Source of the DNA: Candidatus Binatota bacterium
GTDB lineage: Bacteria; Desulfobacterota; Binatia; UBA1149; CAITLU01
DNA length: 64,000 nucleotides
Direction of reading: 5' to 3'
Assembly: GCA_024276575.1 (NCBI GenBank)
Contig: JAJRWY010000312.1
Coordinates: 1,161-65,160 of the forward strand
The position numbers and the translations under genes were made by a program. The notes under the pieces are model-generated. The model did not search any database, was not told where the DNA came from, and was given only the letters and a program-made list of their open reading frames with translations. Of the stretch, positions 8,887 to 18,877 are shown piece by piece; within the stretch, counting starts at the first letter, position 1, and every line of letters starts with the position of its first letter.

Positions 8887-10458
8887 AAGAATACCCCATA
8901 GTTGCCCGGAAGGGAGGGGTTCGAAGCCGGTGAGGCGCCGTGAAATGACGGTCACGTTTCGAGGCCACCAAAGCGGAATGTAGGGCAAGCGGCGCGAATT
9001 GCGCCGTTGCAGTCTCGCATAGAGCTTCCGGCGCTTGCCGGGCCGGCTGCGCAGCGCCCGTTCGCTTAGCCGGTCCGTGATAGCGTCGCTGTAGCCCCCC
9101 CTGTTGTTTCCGTCCGGAGGCTGCATTCGCGAGTGGAACACTGTTCTCATCAAGTCGGGATCTTCTATCCCTACCCAAGCTAGTGAGTAGAGATCGAAAT
9201 TCCCGGCTCGGACATCCGCGAAGAAGGTGCCCCATTCGTAGCTCTCGATTTTCAATTCGATACCGACTTCCGACAATTGAGCAGCCAGCACTTCAGCAAT
9301 GCGCCGGCGCAGTTCGATGGTCGTGGTCTTGTAACTTAGCGTCAGCCTCGGGGCCGGTCCTGGTGGGTCTGTGTAGCCGGCGCGCTCGAGCAGGCGGCGT
9401 GCGCGGTCCGGATCGTAGCTGTAGTGTCGCACTTTGTCCGAATAGGCCCAATGGTGCGGAGGCAGCATGGCATCGGCCGTTTGTGCCTGGCCTTTGAGGA
9501 TGTATCTGACGATGGCGTTGCGGTCGATCGCGTAAACCAGGGCGCGGCGCACCGGTAATTTGGCCAGGGCCGGGTGCCGCAGGTTGACTCCGATATACTG
9601 ATAGGCGTTGTAGTCGCCGAGTCGAACTTCGACTCCTTTCTCTTCTCGATCAAGCCAGTCGACGGTGTCCGGATCGATCGCGTTCTGCACGATGTCGACG
9701 CTGCCGTGCCTTAACTCCAACGCACGCATGACCGAGTCGGGAAGGACCTTGAAGATCAGCGTCTCTATCGTAGGATCGCCGGCTGCGGAGCCTTGGACCG
9801 CCTCGAGCCGGAGGCGGTCGCTATCGAAGGAGGCTAGGCGGTAGGGTCCCGAGCCAGTCAGTTCGAGCGCTGCAACCGGCTCAATGCCGAGGCCGTCGGC
9901 CGCTAGGATGCCGATACCGGTGCTGTGCATAAAGGCGGCGTCGGGCTTGCTCAGCCGGAATATGACGGTGGTTGCGCCCTCGGCTTCGACGCTTTGTAAA
10001 GAAGCGAGCGCAGCTCTTTTCGGGGACGATGACCGGTGGTCCAGGATGCTGCGGTAGGTGGCTACGACGTCGCGTGCACGCAACCGCCTACCGTCATGGA
10101 AACGCAGATCGTCGCGCAGTTCGAAGATGTAGGTCTTGCGGTCCGGCTGCCACCATTTCGAGGCGGCGTAGGGCAGTGGTCTTGCGTCGACGCCGCTGCG
10201 TGTCAGGGAAGCGAAAAGCAAGCTCCCTATGCGCGACGAGTAAGCGTCAATGCTGTAGCGTGGGTCAAGCTGGGTGGGAGAGGCCTCTATCGCTATCACC
10301 ACCGCGTCGGGGTCCCGGACTACGCTATCCGCGCACCCCCCCAGCAGCGTGAGCCCCCAGGCTACTACCAGCAACGGGGCGGAAGGAATCAAATAAAATA
10401 AGCAAGCTTTTCTCAAAGGAAATAGAACACAGTGCTTCGCTTTGGTACCATAGTGCAT
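8866..10458 (-). CDS. ABC transporter substrate-binding protein, family 5 (peptide/nickel)
   Basis: Lipoprotein-like signal peptide (LTLLGGCAD) and SBP family 5 architecture; 530 aa. Confidence 0.8.
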   Translation of the reverse strand: MHYGTKAKHCVLFPLRKACLFYLIPSAPLLVVAWGLTLLGGCADSVVRDPDAVVIAIEASPTQLDPRYSIDAYSSRIGSLLFASLTRSGVDARPLPYAASKWWQPDRKTYIFELRDDLRFHDGRRLRARDVVATYRSILDHRSSSPKRAALASLQSVEAEGATTVIFRLSKPDAAFMHSTGIGILAADGLGIEPVAALELTGSGPYRLASFDSDRLRLEAVQGSAAGDPTIETLIFKVLPDSVMRALELRHGSVDIVQNAIDPDTVDWLDREEKGVEVRLGDYNAYQYIGVNLRHPALAKLPVRRALVYAIDRNAIVRYILKGQAQTADAMLPPHHWAYSDKVRHYSYDPDRARRLLERAGYTDPPGPAPRLTLSYKTTTIELRRRIAEVLAAQLSEVGIELKIESYEWGTFFADVRAGNFDLYSLAWVGIEDPDLMRTVFHSRMQPPDGNNRGGYSDAITDRLSERALRSRPGKRRKLYARLQRRNSRRLPYIPLWWPRNVTVISRRLTGFEPLPSGQLWGILSARLRR

Positions 10459-10485
10459 CTACCTGTGCCTGCCGGAGGTTAGCGA

Positions 10486-12465
10486 GTGAAGGGGAGAGGT
10501 TTTGCAGCAAAGGTAACCATGGCTACGCTGATACCGGCGTTGCTCCTGTGTGCGGGTTACGCTTGCGCCACTCAGGAGTTGCCGCGTTTCGAGCAACTTG
10601 CCCCCAACGTTGAGTTCTGGAGCGACGTTTTTACCAAGTACAGTGACGAGAAAATCGTTTTTCACGATCCCTACCGGCTCGAATTAGTCTACTCGATTCT
10701 CGATGTAGGCGACATAATGAACGGCGAAGGAAGCGAGCGGCGGCGTGCTCATGACGTTGCCAAGCGCCGTGTTGCCGAAGAACGTCGTATCAAGGCGATG
10801 CTCCGGCGCTTGGCTGTTTCCCCGCCGCGCAACGCAGAAGAGAAGGAGTTGGTTTCCGCGATCGCAGGAATCTTCCATGAGGCCAAGTTCGCGAAGGTGC
10901 TGGCTGATCGGGTTCGTTCCCAGCGGGGATTGGCGAACAAGTTCTGCCCGGCTATGGAGCGGGCGCACGCGTATATGCCGAAAATGAAGCGCATCCTTGC
11001 CGCCAAGGGAGTTCCCGGCGATCTCGCCGCACTTCCCCTGGTCGAGTCGGCCTATCAGGTCGGGGCGCATTCTAGCGCGGGTGCGGCCGGGATTTGGCAG
11101 TTCACCTATGGGACCGGGCGCCTATTTTTGAAGATCGACGGTTACCGTGACGAGCGGCGCGATCCTCTGAAAGCGACTGAAGCGGCAGCGGCGTTGCTTC
11201 GGCAGAATTTCGATAAGCTCGGGAGTTGGCCGCTAGCCATAACCGCATATAACCACGGGTCTGCAGGTATGGCGCGTGCGGTGCGTACGGTGGGGACCAA
11301 GAACCTCGGCATCATCTCCGAGTCCTACAAGAGCCGCAGCTTCGGGTTCGCGTCCCGTAATTTCTACGCTGAGTTTCTCGCTGCACGTGATGCGGTGGCG
11401 AGGGCGGAAGAGATCTGCGGACCGATTTCCGTGGATGCCTATGCGCCGGACCATTTCGAACTCGACTCGTACGTCTCTCTTGCCGATCTCTCGCGAGCTT
11501 CGGGGATTTCCACCTCGCGGTTGATCGAACTCAACCCAGCGCTGCGGCCGGGCGTGGTTTCCGGAGTTCACCGCGTGCCCAAGGGGTATCGTCTCAACTT
11601 GCCTGCGGGGGCGGGCCGCGAGTTCGGCCGGCGCTATGCGAGTCTGCCGGCCTCGGTGAAGTTCGTTACTCAGCCGGAGACCCGCTATCGTGTGCATCGC
11701 GGCGAGACCTTGAGCCATATAGCGAGGCGCCACGGGACCAGCGTGTCCAGTTTGCTGAGTTTCAACGGTTTGCGCGATCCCCGGCGCTTGAGGGCGGGAC
11801 AGATAATTCGGATCCCGAGCCGGGCTTCGGCTGCTAAGACGGCTGTCGCCAAGGTATCGGTTTCTTCTCGCAGCTCCTCAGCCGCCCCGCCGCCGGCGGT
11901 CAAGGATAGCCACAACTCCTCGGGCGCTGCGTTGGCCTCATTGAGGTTCCCGCCCGGGAAAAACTTTTCCGAGCACCGAGTAGGGCGCGGCCAAACACTT
12001 TCCGAGATCGCCCGCATGTATAAGTCTTCGGTTGCTGAACTCAAGAGGCTCAATGGAATCAGCGATCCCCGCAAGCTTCGGCGCGGAGCGACGCTCAAGG
12101 TGCCGCTACGTGGTGCCGCAGTTCCGGCCGCCACTTCGGCCTTGCTGACCCGCACCCACCGGGTCGGACGGGGGGAGACGCTGTGGAGCATAGCCCGCAA
12201 TTACCGTACCACGGTAGATACGTTACAGCGGCTTAGCGGCATACGGAATCCGTCGAGACTCAAGATCGGGCAAGTCATAACAGTGCCTGATTCTGCCGTG
12301 GCCACGCGCTCAGGCAGCTACCTCACCCATACTGTTCGTAAGGGACAGACGCTATCGCATATCGCCAAGATGTACCGAACTTCGGTGCTGACGCTCAAGC
12401 GGGTGAACCGTATCAGCGACCCTCGAAAGCTGCGTCCGGGACAAACTTTGAAAGTCCCGAACTGA
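10486..12465 (+). CDS. mltD: Membrane-bound lytic murein transglycosylase D-like protein (SLT domain plus four LysM repeats)
   Basis: SLT catalytic motif LPLVESAYQ...GAAGIWQF followed by four LysM repeats (YRVHRGETLSHIARRHGTSV, HRVGRGQTLSEIARMYKSSV, and so on). A lipoprotein-like signal is present; the start may be at M12. Confidence 0.85.
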   Translation: MKGRGFAAKVTMATLIPALLLCAGYACATQELPRFEQLAPNVEFWSDVFTKYSDEKIVFHDPYRLELVYSILDVGDIMNGEGSERRRAHDVAKRRVAEERRIKAMLRRLAVSPPRNAEEKELVSAIAGIFHEAKFAKVLADRVRSQRGLANKFCPAMERAHAYMPKMKRILAAKGVPGDLAALPLVESAYQVGAHSSAGAAGIWQFTYGTGRLFLKIDGYRDERRDPLKATEAAAALLRQNFDKLGSWPLAITAYNHGSAGMARAVRTVGTKNLGIISESYKSRSFGFASRNFYAEFLAARDAVARAEEICGPISVDAYAPDHFELDSYVSLADLSRASGISTSRLIELNPALRPGVVSGVHRVPKGYRLNLPAGAGREFGRRYASLPASVKFVTQPETRYRVHRGETLSHIARRHGTSVSSLLSFNGLRDPRRLRAGQIIRIPSRASAAKTAVAKVSVSSRSSSAAPPPAVKDSHNSSGAALASLRFPPGKNFSEHRVGRGQTLSEIARMYKSSVAELKRLNGISDPRKLRRGATLKVPLRGAAVPAATSALLTRTHRVGRGETLWSIARNYRTTVDTLQRLSGIRNPSRLKIGQVITVPDSAVATRSGSYLTHTVRKGQTLSHIAKMYRTSVLTLKRVNRISDPRKLRPGQTLKVPN

Positions 12466-12577
12466 CTCTGCTATCCGCGGATATTGCCGGCAGCGGACAT
12501 GATTGTCGCTCCGGTGTGAGTTTGCTGAGCATCAGACACAGCTTCGGCGTCGGGTCTTCATGTGCTAGTTTCCTTCC

Positions 12578-13297
12578 GTGGCCTATCTCCCTGTATTTTT
12601 GAATGTTAAGGATCGCCGTTGCTTGGTTGTCGGGGGTGGCCCGGTAGCTGCGGGCAAGACCCGGCTACTGCTGGAGTATGGGGCGAAAACCGTCGTGGTC
12701 GGCAAGCATTTGTGTCCTGCCTTGGTGGAACTCATAGGGCGGTGGGGCCTAGAGTTCAGTGAGCGCGAGTACCGGCCTGATGACCAGCAAGGGGTCATGC
12801 TGGTGTTTGCGTGCACCGATTCTCCGGACGTACAGGCTCAGATATTAAGTGATGCACGACGATTCGGTGTGTTGGCCTGCCGTGTGGACGACGGTTCCGT
12901 TTCCGACTTCTGCAGTGCGGCGCTCATCCAACGAGGAGAGGTCTGCGTGGCGGTATCTACCTCAGGCTCGAGTCCGGCGCTAGCCGCCCGGATAAAGCGA
13001 GAGTTGGAGCCATACATAGGTTCCCACTATGGTGTGGCGGCGACACTCCTCGGGCGTGTTCGCGAGCAGGGCTACCGCGGCGTGGCGGTAAATTCGGACG
13101 CCGGCTTGGGAAGCGGCCCCCCCGTAGACCCGGAAGTTTTTGCGGAATTATTCGGACGCGGTTTTTTGGACTTGTTGGCTCGAGGGCAACTACAACAAGC
13201 AGTCGCTTTGCTCGAGGAGTTGTGCGGGTGGCGGCACGATGCGGGGCCGGTGGAGCCTGTAGGGCCTGAGATACGACGAGGGAAGCGAAAGGATTGA
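12578..13297 (+). CDS. sirC: Precorrin-2 dehydrogenase / sirohydrochlorin ferrochelatase (siroheme synthase N-domain-like)
   Basis: N-terminus LPVFLNVKDRRCLVVGGGPVA matches the CysG N-domain/SirC/Met8 Rossmann fold. Confidence 0.75.
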   Translation: MAYLPVFLNVKDRRCLVVGGGPVAAGKTRLLLEYGAKTVVVGKHLCPALVELIGRWGLEFSEREYRPDDQQGVMLVFACTDSPDVQAQILSDARRFGVLACRVDDGSVSDFCSAALIQRGEVCVAVSTSGSSPALAARIKRELEPYIGSHYGVAATLLGRVREQGYRGVAVNSDAGLGSGPPVDPEVFAELFGRGFLDLLARGQLQQAVALLEELCGWRHDAGPVEPVGPEIRRGKRKD

Positions 13298-13300
13298 GAA

Positions 13301-14131
13301 TTGGAACTGCTGGCTCTCGAGTTTGCTTGCTTTGCTTACCTTACGGCTGCGGCTGCCTACATGACAGGCATAGCCTATCCATCGGATTGGACGCGGCGTT
13401 TGGGGCCCTGGGCGCTGGGAACGGCCTTTGTTCTGCAATCTCTTTCCGTCGTCCTACACGTCATCGATACCGGCGTGATCCCGGTCGAAGGGTTTACTGA
13501 GGGACTCGCATTCTTCGCTTGGCTTCTGGTTGCCACCTACGTCTTCGTACAGCGCAAGCAGGAGGTGTCAGTACTGGCTGCGGCAATAGCACCGATGGCT
13601 TTCCTGTTTACTCTGCTGGCGATCGAGTTTTATTCCGAAAGGACGGTGCTGCCGGAGTCATGGCAGACTCCATGGCTGACGGTGCATGTAACCCTGGCTT
13701 TTCTCGGCAACGCGGTGTTTGGCCTCGCCTTTGTCGTCAGCCTCGTCTACCTGGTCCAGGAACGACTGCTCAAATCTCACCGCAGGGCTTGGATGATCCG
13801 CCGCTTGCCCGCTCTGGAAACTATGGACAGGCTCGGATACCTGTTCTTGTTCTGGGGCTTCCCCCTGCTTTCGCTGGGAATGGTAAGTGGCGGGGTCTGG
13901 GCTTTGAGTATGCTCGGCAAGTTCTGGACCTGGGAACCGCGCGAGATTCTTTCGGTTATCACCTGGGTTCTGTACGCCGGCTTGCTCGAGTTCCGCCTAG
14001 TCGGCGGCCTGCGGGGTAAGCGAGCCGCCTACCTCACTATTTTGGGCTTTATGGTGCTGGTGGTTTCCTACATCGCCGTCACCCTGATTTCCGTGCCCGG
14101 CGCCAGGCACGGCGGTGTATACACTTCTTGA
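13301..14131 (+). CDS. Cytochrome c assembly (CcsA/HemX) family membrane protein
   Basis: Polytopic membrane protein with the Trp-rich CcsA-type motif WTWEPREILSVITWVLYAG; it sits immediately upstream of hemA, as hemX does in hemAXCDBL operons. Confidence 0.7.
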   Translation: MELLALEFACFAYLTAAAAYMTGIAYPSDWTRRLGPWALGTAFVLQSLSVVLHVIDTGVIPVEGFTEGLAFFAWLLVATYVFVQRKQEVSVLAAAIAPMAFLFTLLAIEFYSERTVLPESWQTPWLTVHVTLAFLGNAVFGLAFVVSLVYLVQERLLKSHRRAWMIRRLPALETMDRLGYLFLFWGFPLLSLGMVSGGVWALSMLGKFWTWEPREILSVITWVLYAGLLEFRLVGGLRGKRAAYLTILGFMVLVVSYIAVTLISVPGARHGGVYTS

Positions 14132-14143
14132 GGAAGCCGGGTA

Positions 14144-15418
14144 GTGTCACGCCAACTATCGATACTGGGGCTGAATCACCGCACTGCGCCGGTCGAGCTG
14201 CGCGAGAAGCTGGCCATGACCGAAGGCCGCGGCGAAGGCGTGCTCGCGTCTCTTCTTACTCACGACCACATAGAGGAAGTGGTGTTGCTCTCCACCTGCA
14301 ATCGGGTCGAGATTGTCTACTGCAGCCGCGAAGGTCCGATTGAGACTGAGGAGATGACCGGCTTCCTAGTCGAGGGCACCGGGCTGAGTGTGGATGAATG
14401 CGTGCCTTACCTTTACAGTTTCGAGAACCGGGAAGCGGTCAGGCATCTGTTCCGTGTGGCCTCTAGCCTGGACTCCATGGTTGTGGGCGAGCCGCAGATC
14501 CTCGGCCAAATGAAGGAGCAGTTTGACGCGTCGGTGGACGCGCATAGTGCCGGTCCTGTACTTCACCGTGTCTTTCACAAGAGTTTCTCGGTGGCCAAGC
14601 GGGTGCGTTCGGAAACCGGAATCGCCTCGAGAACGGTTTCGGTCGCCTCCACGGCGGTGGATCTGGCCAGTCATATCTTCGAGAGCCTGGAGGGCCGGAC
14701 CGTGCTGCTGATCGGCGCCGGCGACATGGGGGAGACTGCCGCGCGCCATTTCCAGGGCGCGGGGGTCAAGGACATCATGGTGGCCAACCGCACTTTTGAA
14801 AACGGCGTAGCCCTGGCCAGGGAGTTGGGAGGGACGCCGATTCCGCTCGAGCGCCTGTCCAACTACTTGCCGCTCGCCGACCTAGTGGTGGGTTCAGCCG
14901 GGGGTGGGGAGATGCTCAGCGCCAAGGAGGTCAAGGGCCTCATGCGTGAGCGCAAGGGCCGTGCGGTATTCTTCATAGATGTCGCGGTTCCCCGCAACTT
15001 CGATCCTGCGATAAACAAGATCGACGGCGCTTATCTTTACGACATGGACGACCTCTCGTCGGTGGTAGAGGAGAACCTCGAGGAAAGGCAGCGTGAGGCG
15101 GTAAAAGGCGAGGCCATAGTGGAGGGGGAGGTCGACCATTTCTGGTTGTGGTTCGAGAAACTCGGGGTAATTCCCACGATCGTTGCTTTGCGTGAGTATG
15201 CCGAGGAGATTCGCAATCAAGAACTGGAGCGTACCGTTGCCAAGCTCAACGGCATCAGCGAGGAAGACAGGATACGTATAGACCATATGACTCGTTCTAT
15301 CGTCAATAAACTACTGCATAGGCCGACCAGCGTATTGAAACGTGAAGTTCGCCCGGATGAAGAAACTCGTATGTTGAGCGCGGTTCGCAAGCTTTTTTCC
15401 TTGGAGGACGAACTGTGA
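14144..15418 (+). CDS. hemA: Glutamyl-tRNA reductase
   Basis: Signature LSTCNRVEIVY (catalytic Cys) and the NADPH-binding motif LLIGAGDMGE. Confidence 0.92.
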   Translation: MSRQLSILGLNHRTAPVELREKLAMTEGRGEGVLASLLTHDHIEEVVLLSTCNRVEIVYCSREGPIETEEMTGFLVEGTGLSVDECVPYLYSFENREAVRHLFRVASSLDSMVVGEPQILGQMKEQFDASVDAHSAGPVLHRVFHKSFSVAKRVRSETGIASRTVSVASTAVDLASHIFESLEGRTVLLIGAGDMGETAARHFQGAGVKDIMVANRTFENGVALARELGGTPIPLERLSNYLPLADLVVGSAGGGEMLSAKEVKGLMRERKGRAVFFIDVAVPRNFDPAINKIDGAYLYDMDDLSSVVEENLEERQREAVKGEAIVEGEVDHFWLWFEKLGVIPTIVALREYAEEIRNQELERTVAKLNGISEEDRIRIDHMTRSIVNKLLHRPTSVLKREVRPDEETRMLSAVRKLFSLEDEL

Positions 15419-16359
15419 AGCTTCGTGTGGGTACGCGGAGGAGCCCCCTTGCCTTGGCCCAGGCCGGCCAAGGTATGCGCTCGGTAGTGGACAAGGCCGG
15501 GGGCGGTGAGTGGGAGTTGATTGAGATGGTCACTACCGGTGACCGCGTTCAGGACCGTCCGTTGCGCGACGTCGGAGGTAAGGCCCTGTTCGTGCGTGAG
15601 CTTGACGATGCCCTGCTGCGTGGAGATGTCGATTGCGCCATTCATTCGCTGAAAGATGTCCCCAGCGATTTGCCGGCCGGCATCGTAATTGCCGCAGTGC
15701 TCGAACGTGCCGACGTGCGTGATCTGTTGATCAGCAAACGGGGCCTGGCGCCGGCGGAGCTTGCGCCGGGGGCGCTGGTCGGCACCACTAGTTTGAGGCG
15801 TGCATCGCAACTGCTGGCCGTAAACCCGCAGGTGAAAGTCGAAACCATACGAGGCAATGTAGCCACGCGCTTGGGGCGCTTGATGGATGGGGATTTCGAC
15901 GCGACCTTTTTGGCTGCTGCGGGTATCGCGCGGCTCGGTGCCGACCTCGGAGCGGCAAAAGCCCTAGCATTAGATCCTTGGGAGTTTATTCCTGCTCCCG
16001 GGCAGGGGGCGCTGGCCATTACTGCACGTGAAGACGACCGGAAATGCAGGGATTATCTGGCTATGGCCGAGGATGGGGCGGCGCGTGCGGCGGTTGAGGC
16101 GGAGCGCGCGCTGGCGAGAGTTTTCGGCGGCGGTTGCCATCTGCCCATCGGCGTCTATGCCGAGGCCGGGCCGGGCAGCTTAAGGATGATCGCGGTCGTG
16201 GTTTCATCTGATGGGCGCCGTTTGCTGCGCGACGAGGCTTCAGGCGAGGCTAGTCACGCGGCTGCCGTGGGTGAGGCTTTAGGCCGGCGTATGCTGGAAA
16301 ACGGCGGTGCTGAGATCGTTGCCGAAGCGGAAGCGGCTGCAGCTGGGGGGCTGGTCTGA
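15415..16359 (+). CDS. hemC: Hydroxymethylbilane synthase (porphobilinogen deaminase)
   Basis: N-terminus LRVGTRRSPLALAQA; 314 aa; overlaps the hemA stop by 4 nt. Confidence 0.9.
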   Translation: MKLRVGTRRSPLALAQAGQGMRSVVDKAGGGEWELIEMVTTGDRVQDRPLRDVGGKALFVRELDDALLRGDVDCAIHSLKDVPSDLPAGIVIAAVLERADVRDLLISKRGLAPAELAPGALVGTTSLRRASQLLAVNPQVKVETIRGNVATRLGRLMDGDFDATFLAAAGIARLGADLGAAKALALDPWEFIPAPGQGALAITAREDDRKCRDYLAMAEDGAARAAVEAERALARVFGGGCHLPIGVYAEAGPGSLRMIAVVVSSDGRRLLRDEASGEASHAAAVGEALGRRMLENGGAEIVAEAEAAAAGGLV

Positions 16360-16376
16360 GCGGGCGGGTCTATCTT

Positions 16377-17852
16377 GTGGGTGCGGGGCCCGGAGATCCC
16401 GGCCTGCTGACTCTTCGCGGGAAAGAGGCCCTCGAGCGGGCTGATGTAGTCCTCTATTACGCGCTAGCGAACTCCCGCCTGCTCGATTTTGCCCCCGCCG
16501 GGGCTGAACGCATACTCGTCGGACATCGCCACGGTCAGGAGACGGTCGGGCAGAACAGCATCGAGGAGATGCTGGTGGACTACGCTCGACGCGGTAAGAG
16601 CGTGGTTCGGTTGAAGGGCGGAGACCCCTTTGTATTTGGCCGGGGCGCGGAAGAAGCCCAGGCTTGTGCGATTGCGGGGGTGCCATTTTCGGTGATACCC
16701 GGCGTGAGTTCGGCCTCGGCCGCTCCCGCCTATGCAGGCATAGCCCTGACCCACCGTGACCTGTCTTCTTCGTACACAGTGGTGACCGGCCGTCCGGGAC
16801 GCAACCGGGACGGTGAAGAGGTAGAGGCCGACTGGGAATCTTTGGCGCGAGGTGGCGGTACTTTGGTACTGCTGATGGCGATGACGCGAATCTCAGAGAT
16901 CTCCGCGAAGCTAATCGGTGCCGGTATGTCTGCGGAAACTCCTGCGGCTGCGGGTCGCTGGGGAACTCTGCCCCGGCAAAAGACAGTGACCGGATGTCTC
17001 GGAGATATTGCGAATACGGCCGCCGCGGAGTTGATACGGCCGCCGGTGGTTTTCGTGATAGGAGACGTGGTGCGGCTCGCTGAAAGCATCTACTGGTACG
17101 AGAAACTGCCACTGTTCGGGCGTCGCATCGTGGTCACCCGCGCCCGCCATCAAGCTGCGGAATTTTCGCGTCGTCTGGAGGAATCCGGTGCCTGGGTGCT
17201 CGAGTATCCGACCATAGAGATCCGGCGGCTCGAGATAGCCGATAGCCGTCTGGACGAGGTTGCGGGTGCGGATTGGCTCTTGTTCAGCAGTGTCAACGGG
17301 GTCGAGCATTTCTTCGCGAGTTATCTCGCAGCCGGGCGTGACCTGCGCGAGCTTGCCGGCGTAGGAATTGCCGCTATCGGACCGGCCACCGCCGCGGCGG
17401 TGAAGCGGCGTGGCCTGAAGGTGGACGTGCAGCCTTTAGAGTATCGAGCGGAGGCCTTGCTCGAAGCCTTGGGGGAAGTCCGCGGAATGCGGATGATACT
17501 GGCGCGGGCCAAGGTGGCTCGTGAGGTGCTGCCCGAACAGCTCCGGGCGCGCGGCGCCGAAGTCACGGTGCTTCCGGTCTACCAGACCGTGGTGCCGCCT
17601 GATTCTTCGCAGTTCACGGAGTTCGGCGAAGTCGACATGGTTACTTTTACCAGCGCGAGTACCGTAGGGAACTTCGACCGTATAAACGGAGGACGGGCCG
17701 CCGAACTCCTGGCCGGAGTCAAGGTCGCGGCGATCGGACCGATTACCGCTGCGGCTCTCAGGGACAAGGGTATTGGGGTCGACGCCATGCCGCACGATTA
17801 TACGATTCCCGCGCTAGCCGCCGAGATAGAGCGCTGCTTTGCAAATGGCTAA
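16377..17852 (+). CDS. Uroporphyrinogen-III C-methyltransferase / uroporphyrinogen-III synthase fusion
   Basis: N-terminal SUMT domain ([15 protein letters not shown]...[15 protein letters not shown]) followed by a HemD-like C-terminal half of about 240 aa. Confidence 0.85.
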   Translation: MGAGPGDPGLLTLRGKEALERADVVLYYALANSRLLDFAPAGAERILVGHRHGQETVGQNSIEEMLVDYARRGKSVVRLKGGDPFVFGRGAEEAQACAIAGVPFSVIPGVSSASAAPAYAGIALTHRDLSSSYTVVTGRPGRNRDGEEVEADWESLARGGGTLVLLMAMTRISEISAKLIGAGMSAETPAAAGRWGTLPRQKTVTGCLGDIANTAAAELIRPPVVFVIGDVVRLAESIYWYEKLPLFGRRIVVTRARHQAAEFSRRLEESGAWVLEYPTIEIRRLEIADSRLDEVAGADWLLFSSVNGVEHFFASYLAAGRDLRELAGVGIAAIGPATAAAVKRRGLKVDVQPLEYRAEALLEALGEVRGMRMILARAKVAREVLPEQLRARGAEVTVLPVYQTVVPPDSSQFTEFGEVDMVTFTSASTVGNFDRINGGRAAELLAGVKVAAIGPITAAALRDKGIGVDAMPHDYTIPALAAEIERCFANG

Positions 17853-17875
17853 GCGCTAAACTAGCATTTTGCATC

Positions 17876-18844
17876 ATGCCTTTTCCTGAGCAACGGCCTC
17901 GAAGACTACGTCGCAACGAAACCATACGCCGTATGGTTCGCGAAACTTCTGTGGGTAGCGACGATCTCATGCTGCCGCTTTTCGTGGTTCCTGGTAGCAG
18001 CGTGGAAAATGAAGTGGCTTCGATGCCCGGAGTGTTTCAGCAATCGGTCGATAAAGTGGTGGAGACCGCCAGGCGTGCCGCCGGTCTCGGAATTCCCGCG
18101 GTGCTGCTGTTCGGTATTCCTGAGCACAAGGACCCGCGGGGCAGCGAAGCCTGGCGACGGGACGGAGTCGTGCAGAACGCTGTGCGGGCGATCAAGGAGG
18201 CGGTCCCGGAGCTATGTGTAACGACCGATGTCTGTCTTTGCGAGTATACCGACCACGGGCACTGTGGAGTACTATCCGGCGATAGTGTCGACAATGACGA
18301 AACCTGCGAGCTATTGGTTGCCGAAGCGGTTTCTCACGCCGAAGCAGGAGCCGATCTCATCGCGCCTTCGGATATGATGGATGGACGTGTGGACGCGATC
18401 AGGGAAGGACTCGACGACAAAGGTTTCGAGGAGATTCCGATAATGTCTTATGCCGCCAAGTACTGTTCGGGTTTTTATGGACCCTTCCGGGACGCGGCGG
18501 AGTCGGCTCCGCGCTTCGGCGACCGGCGCTCATACCAGATGGACCCGTCCAACTCCGACGAAGCGTTGCTCGAGGTCGAGCTTGATATCGAGGAAGGCGC
18601 CGACATTCTGATGGTGAAACCGGCGATGCCTTACCTCGACATAATCCGCCGGGTCAAGGACGAGTTTCAACGTCCACTGGCCGCCTACCAGGTCAGCGGT
18701 GAGTTCGCGATGATAAAAGCGGCGGCGGCGAGGGGATGGCTTGATGAGCCGCGTGTGGTTGCCGAAAGCCTGACTGCGATAAAGCGTGCGGGGGCGGACA
18801 TCATAATTAGTTATTTCGCGTTGGATTTCGCGAAGGGGGTTTGA
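17876..18844 (+). CDS. hemB: Porphobilinogen synthase (delta-aminolevulinate dehydratase)
   Basis: N-terminus [15 protein letters not shown], Schiff-base lysine context, 322 aa. Confidence 0.92.
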   Translation: MPFPEQRPRRLRRNETIRRMVRETSVGSDDLMLPLFVVPGSSVENEVASMPGVFQQSVDKVVETARRAAGLGIPAVLLFGIPEHKDPRGSEAWRRDGVVQNAVRAIKEAVPELCVTTDVCLCEYTDHGHCGVLSGDSVDNDETCELLVAEAVSHAEAGADLIAPSDMMDGRVDAIREGLDDKGFEEIPIMSYAAKYCSGFYGPFRDAAESAPRFGDRRSYQMDPSNSDEALLEVELDIEEGADILMVKPAMPYLDIIRRVKDEFQRPLAAYQVSGEFAMIKAAAARGWLDEPRVVAESLTAIKRAGADIIISYFALDFAKGV

Positions 18845-18877
18845 ATCGAGCTGTCGCGGAAGTTTCTCGCCTGCGTT

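Noticed and set aside
8895-8945. A GGTTCGAAGCC element resembling a tRNA T-arm
   Set aside because: The flanking sequence cannot form a T-stem or an acceptor stem, and no D- or anticodon arm is present. It lies in the convergent gap between yihY and the binding-protein gene.
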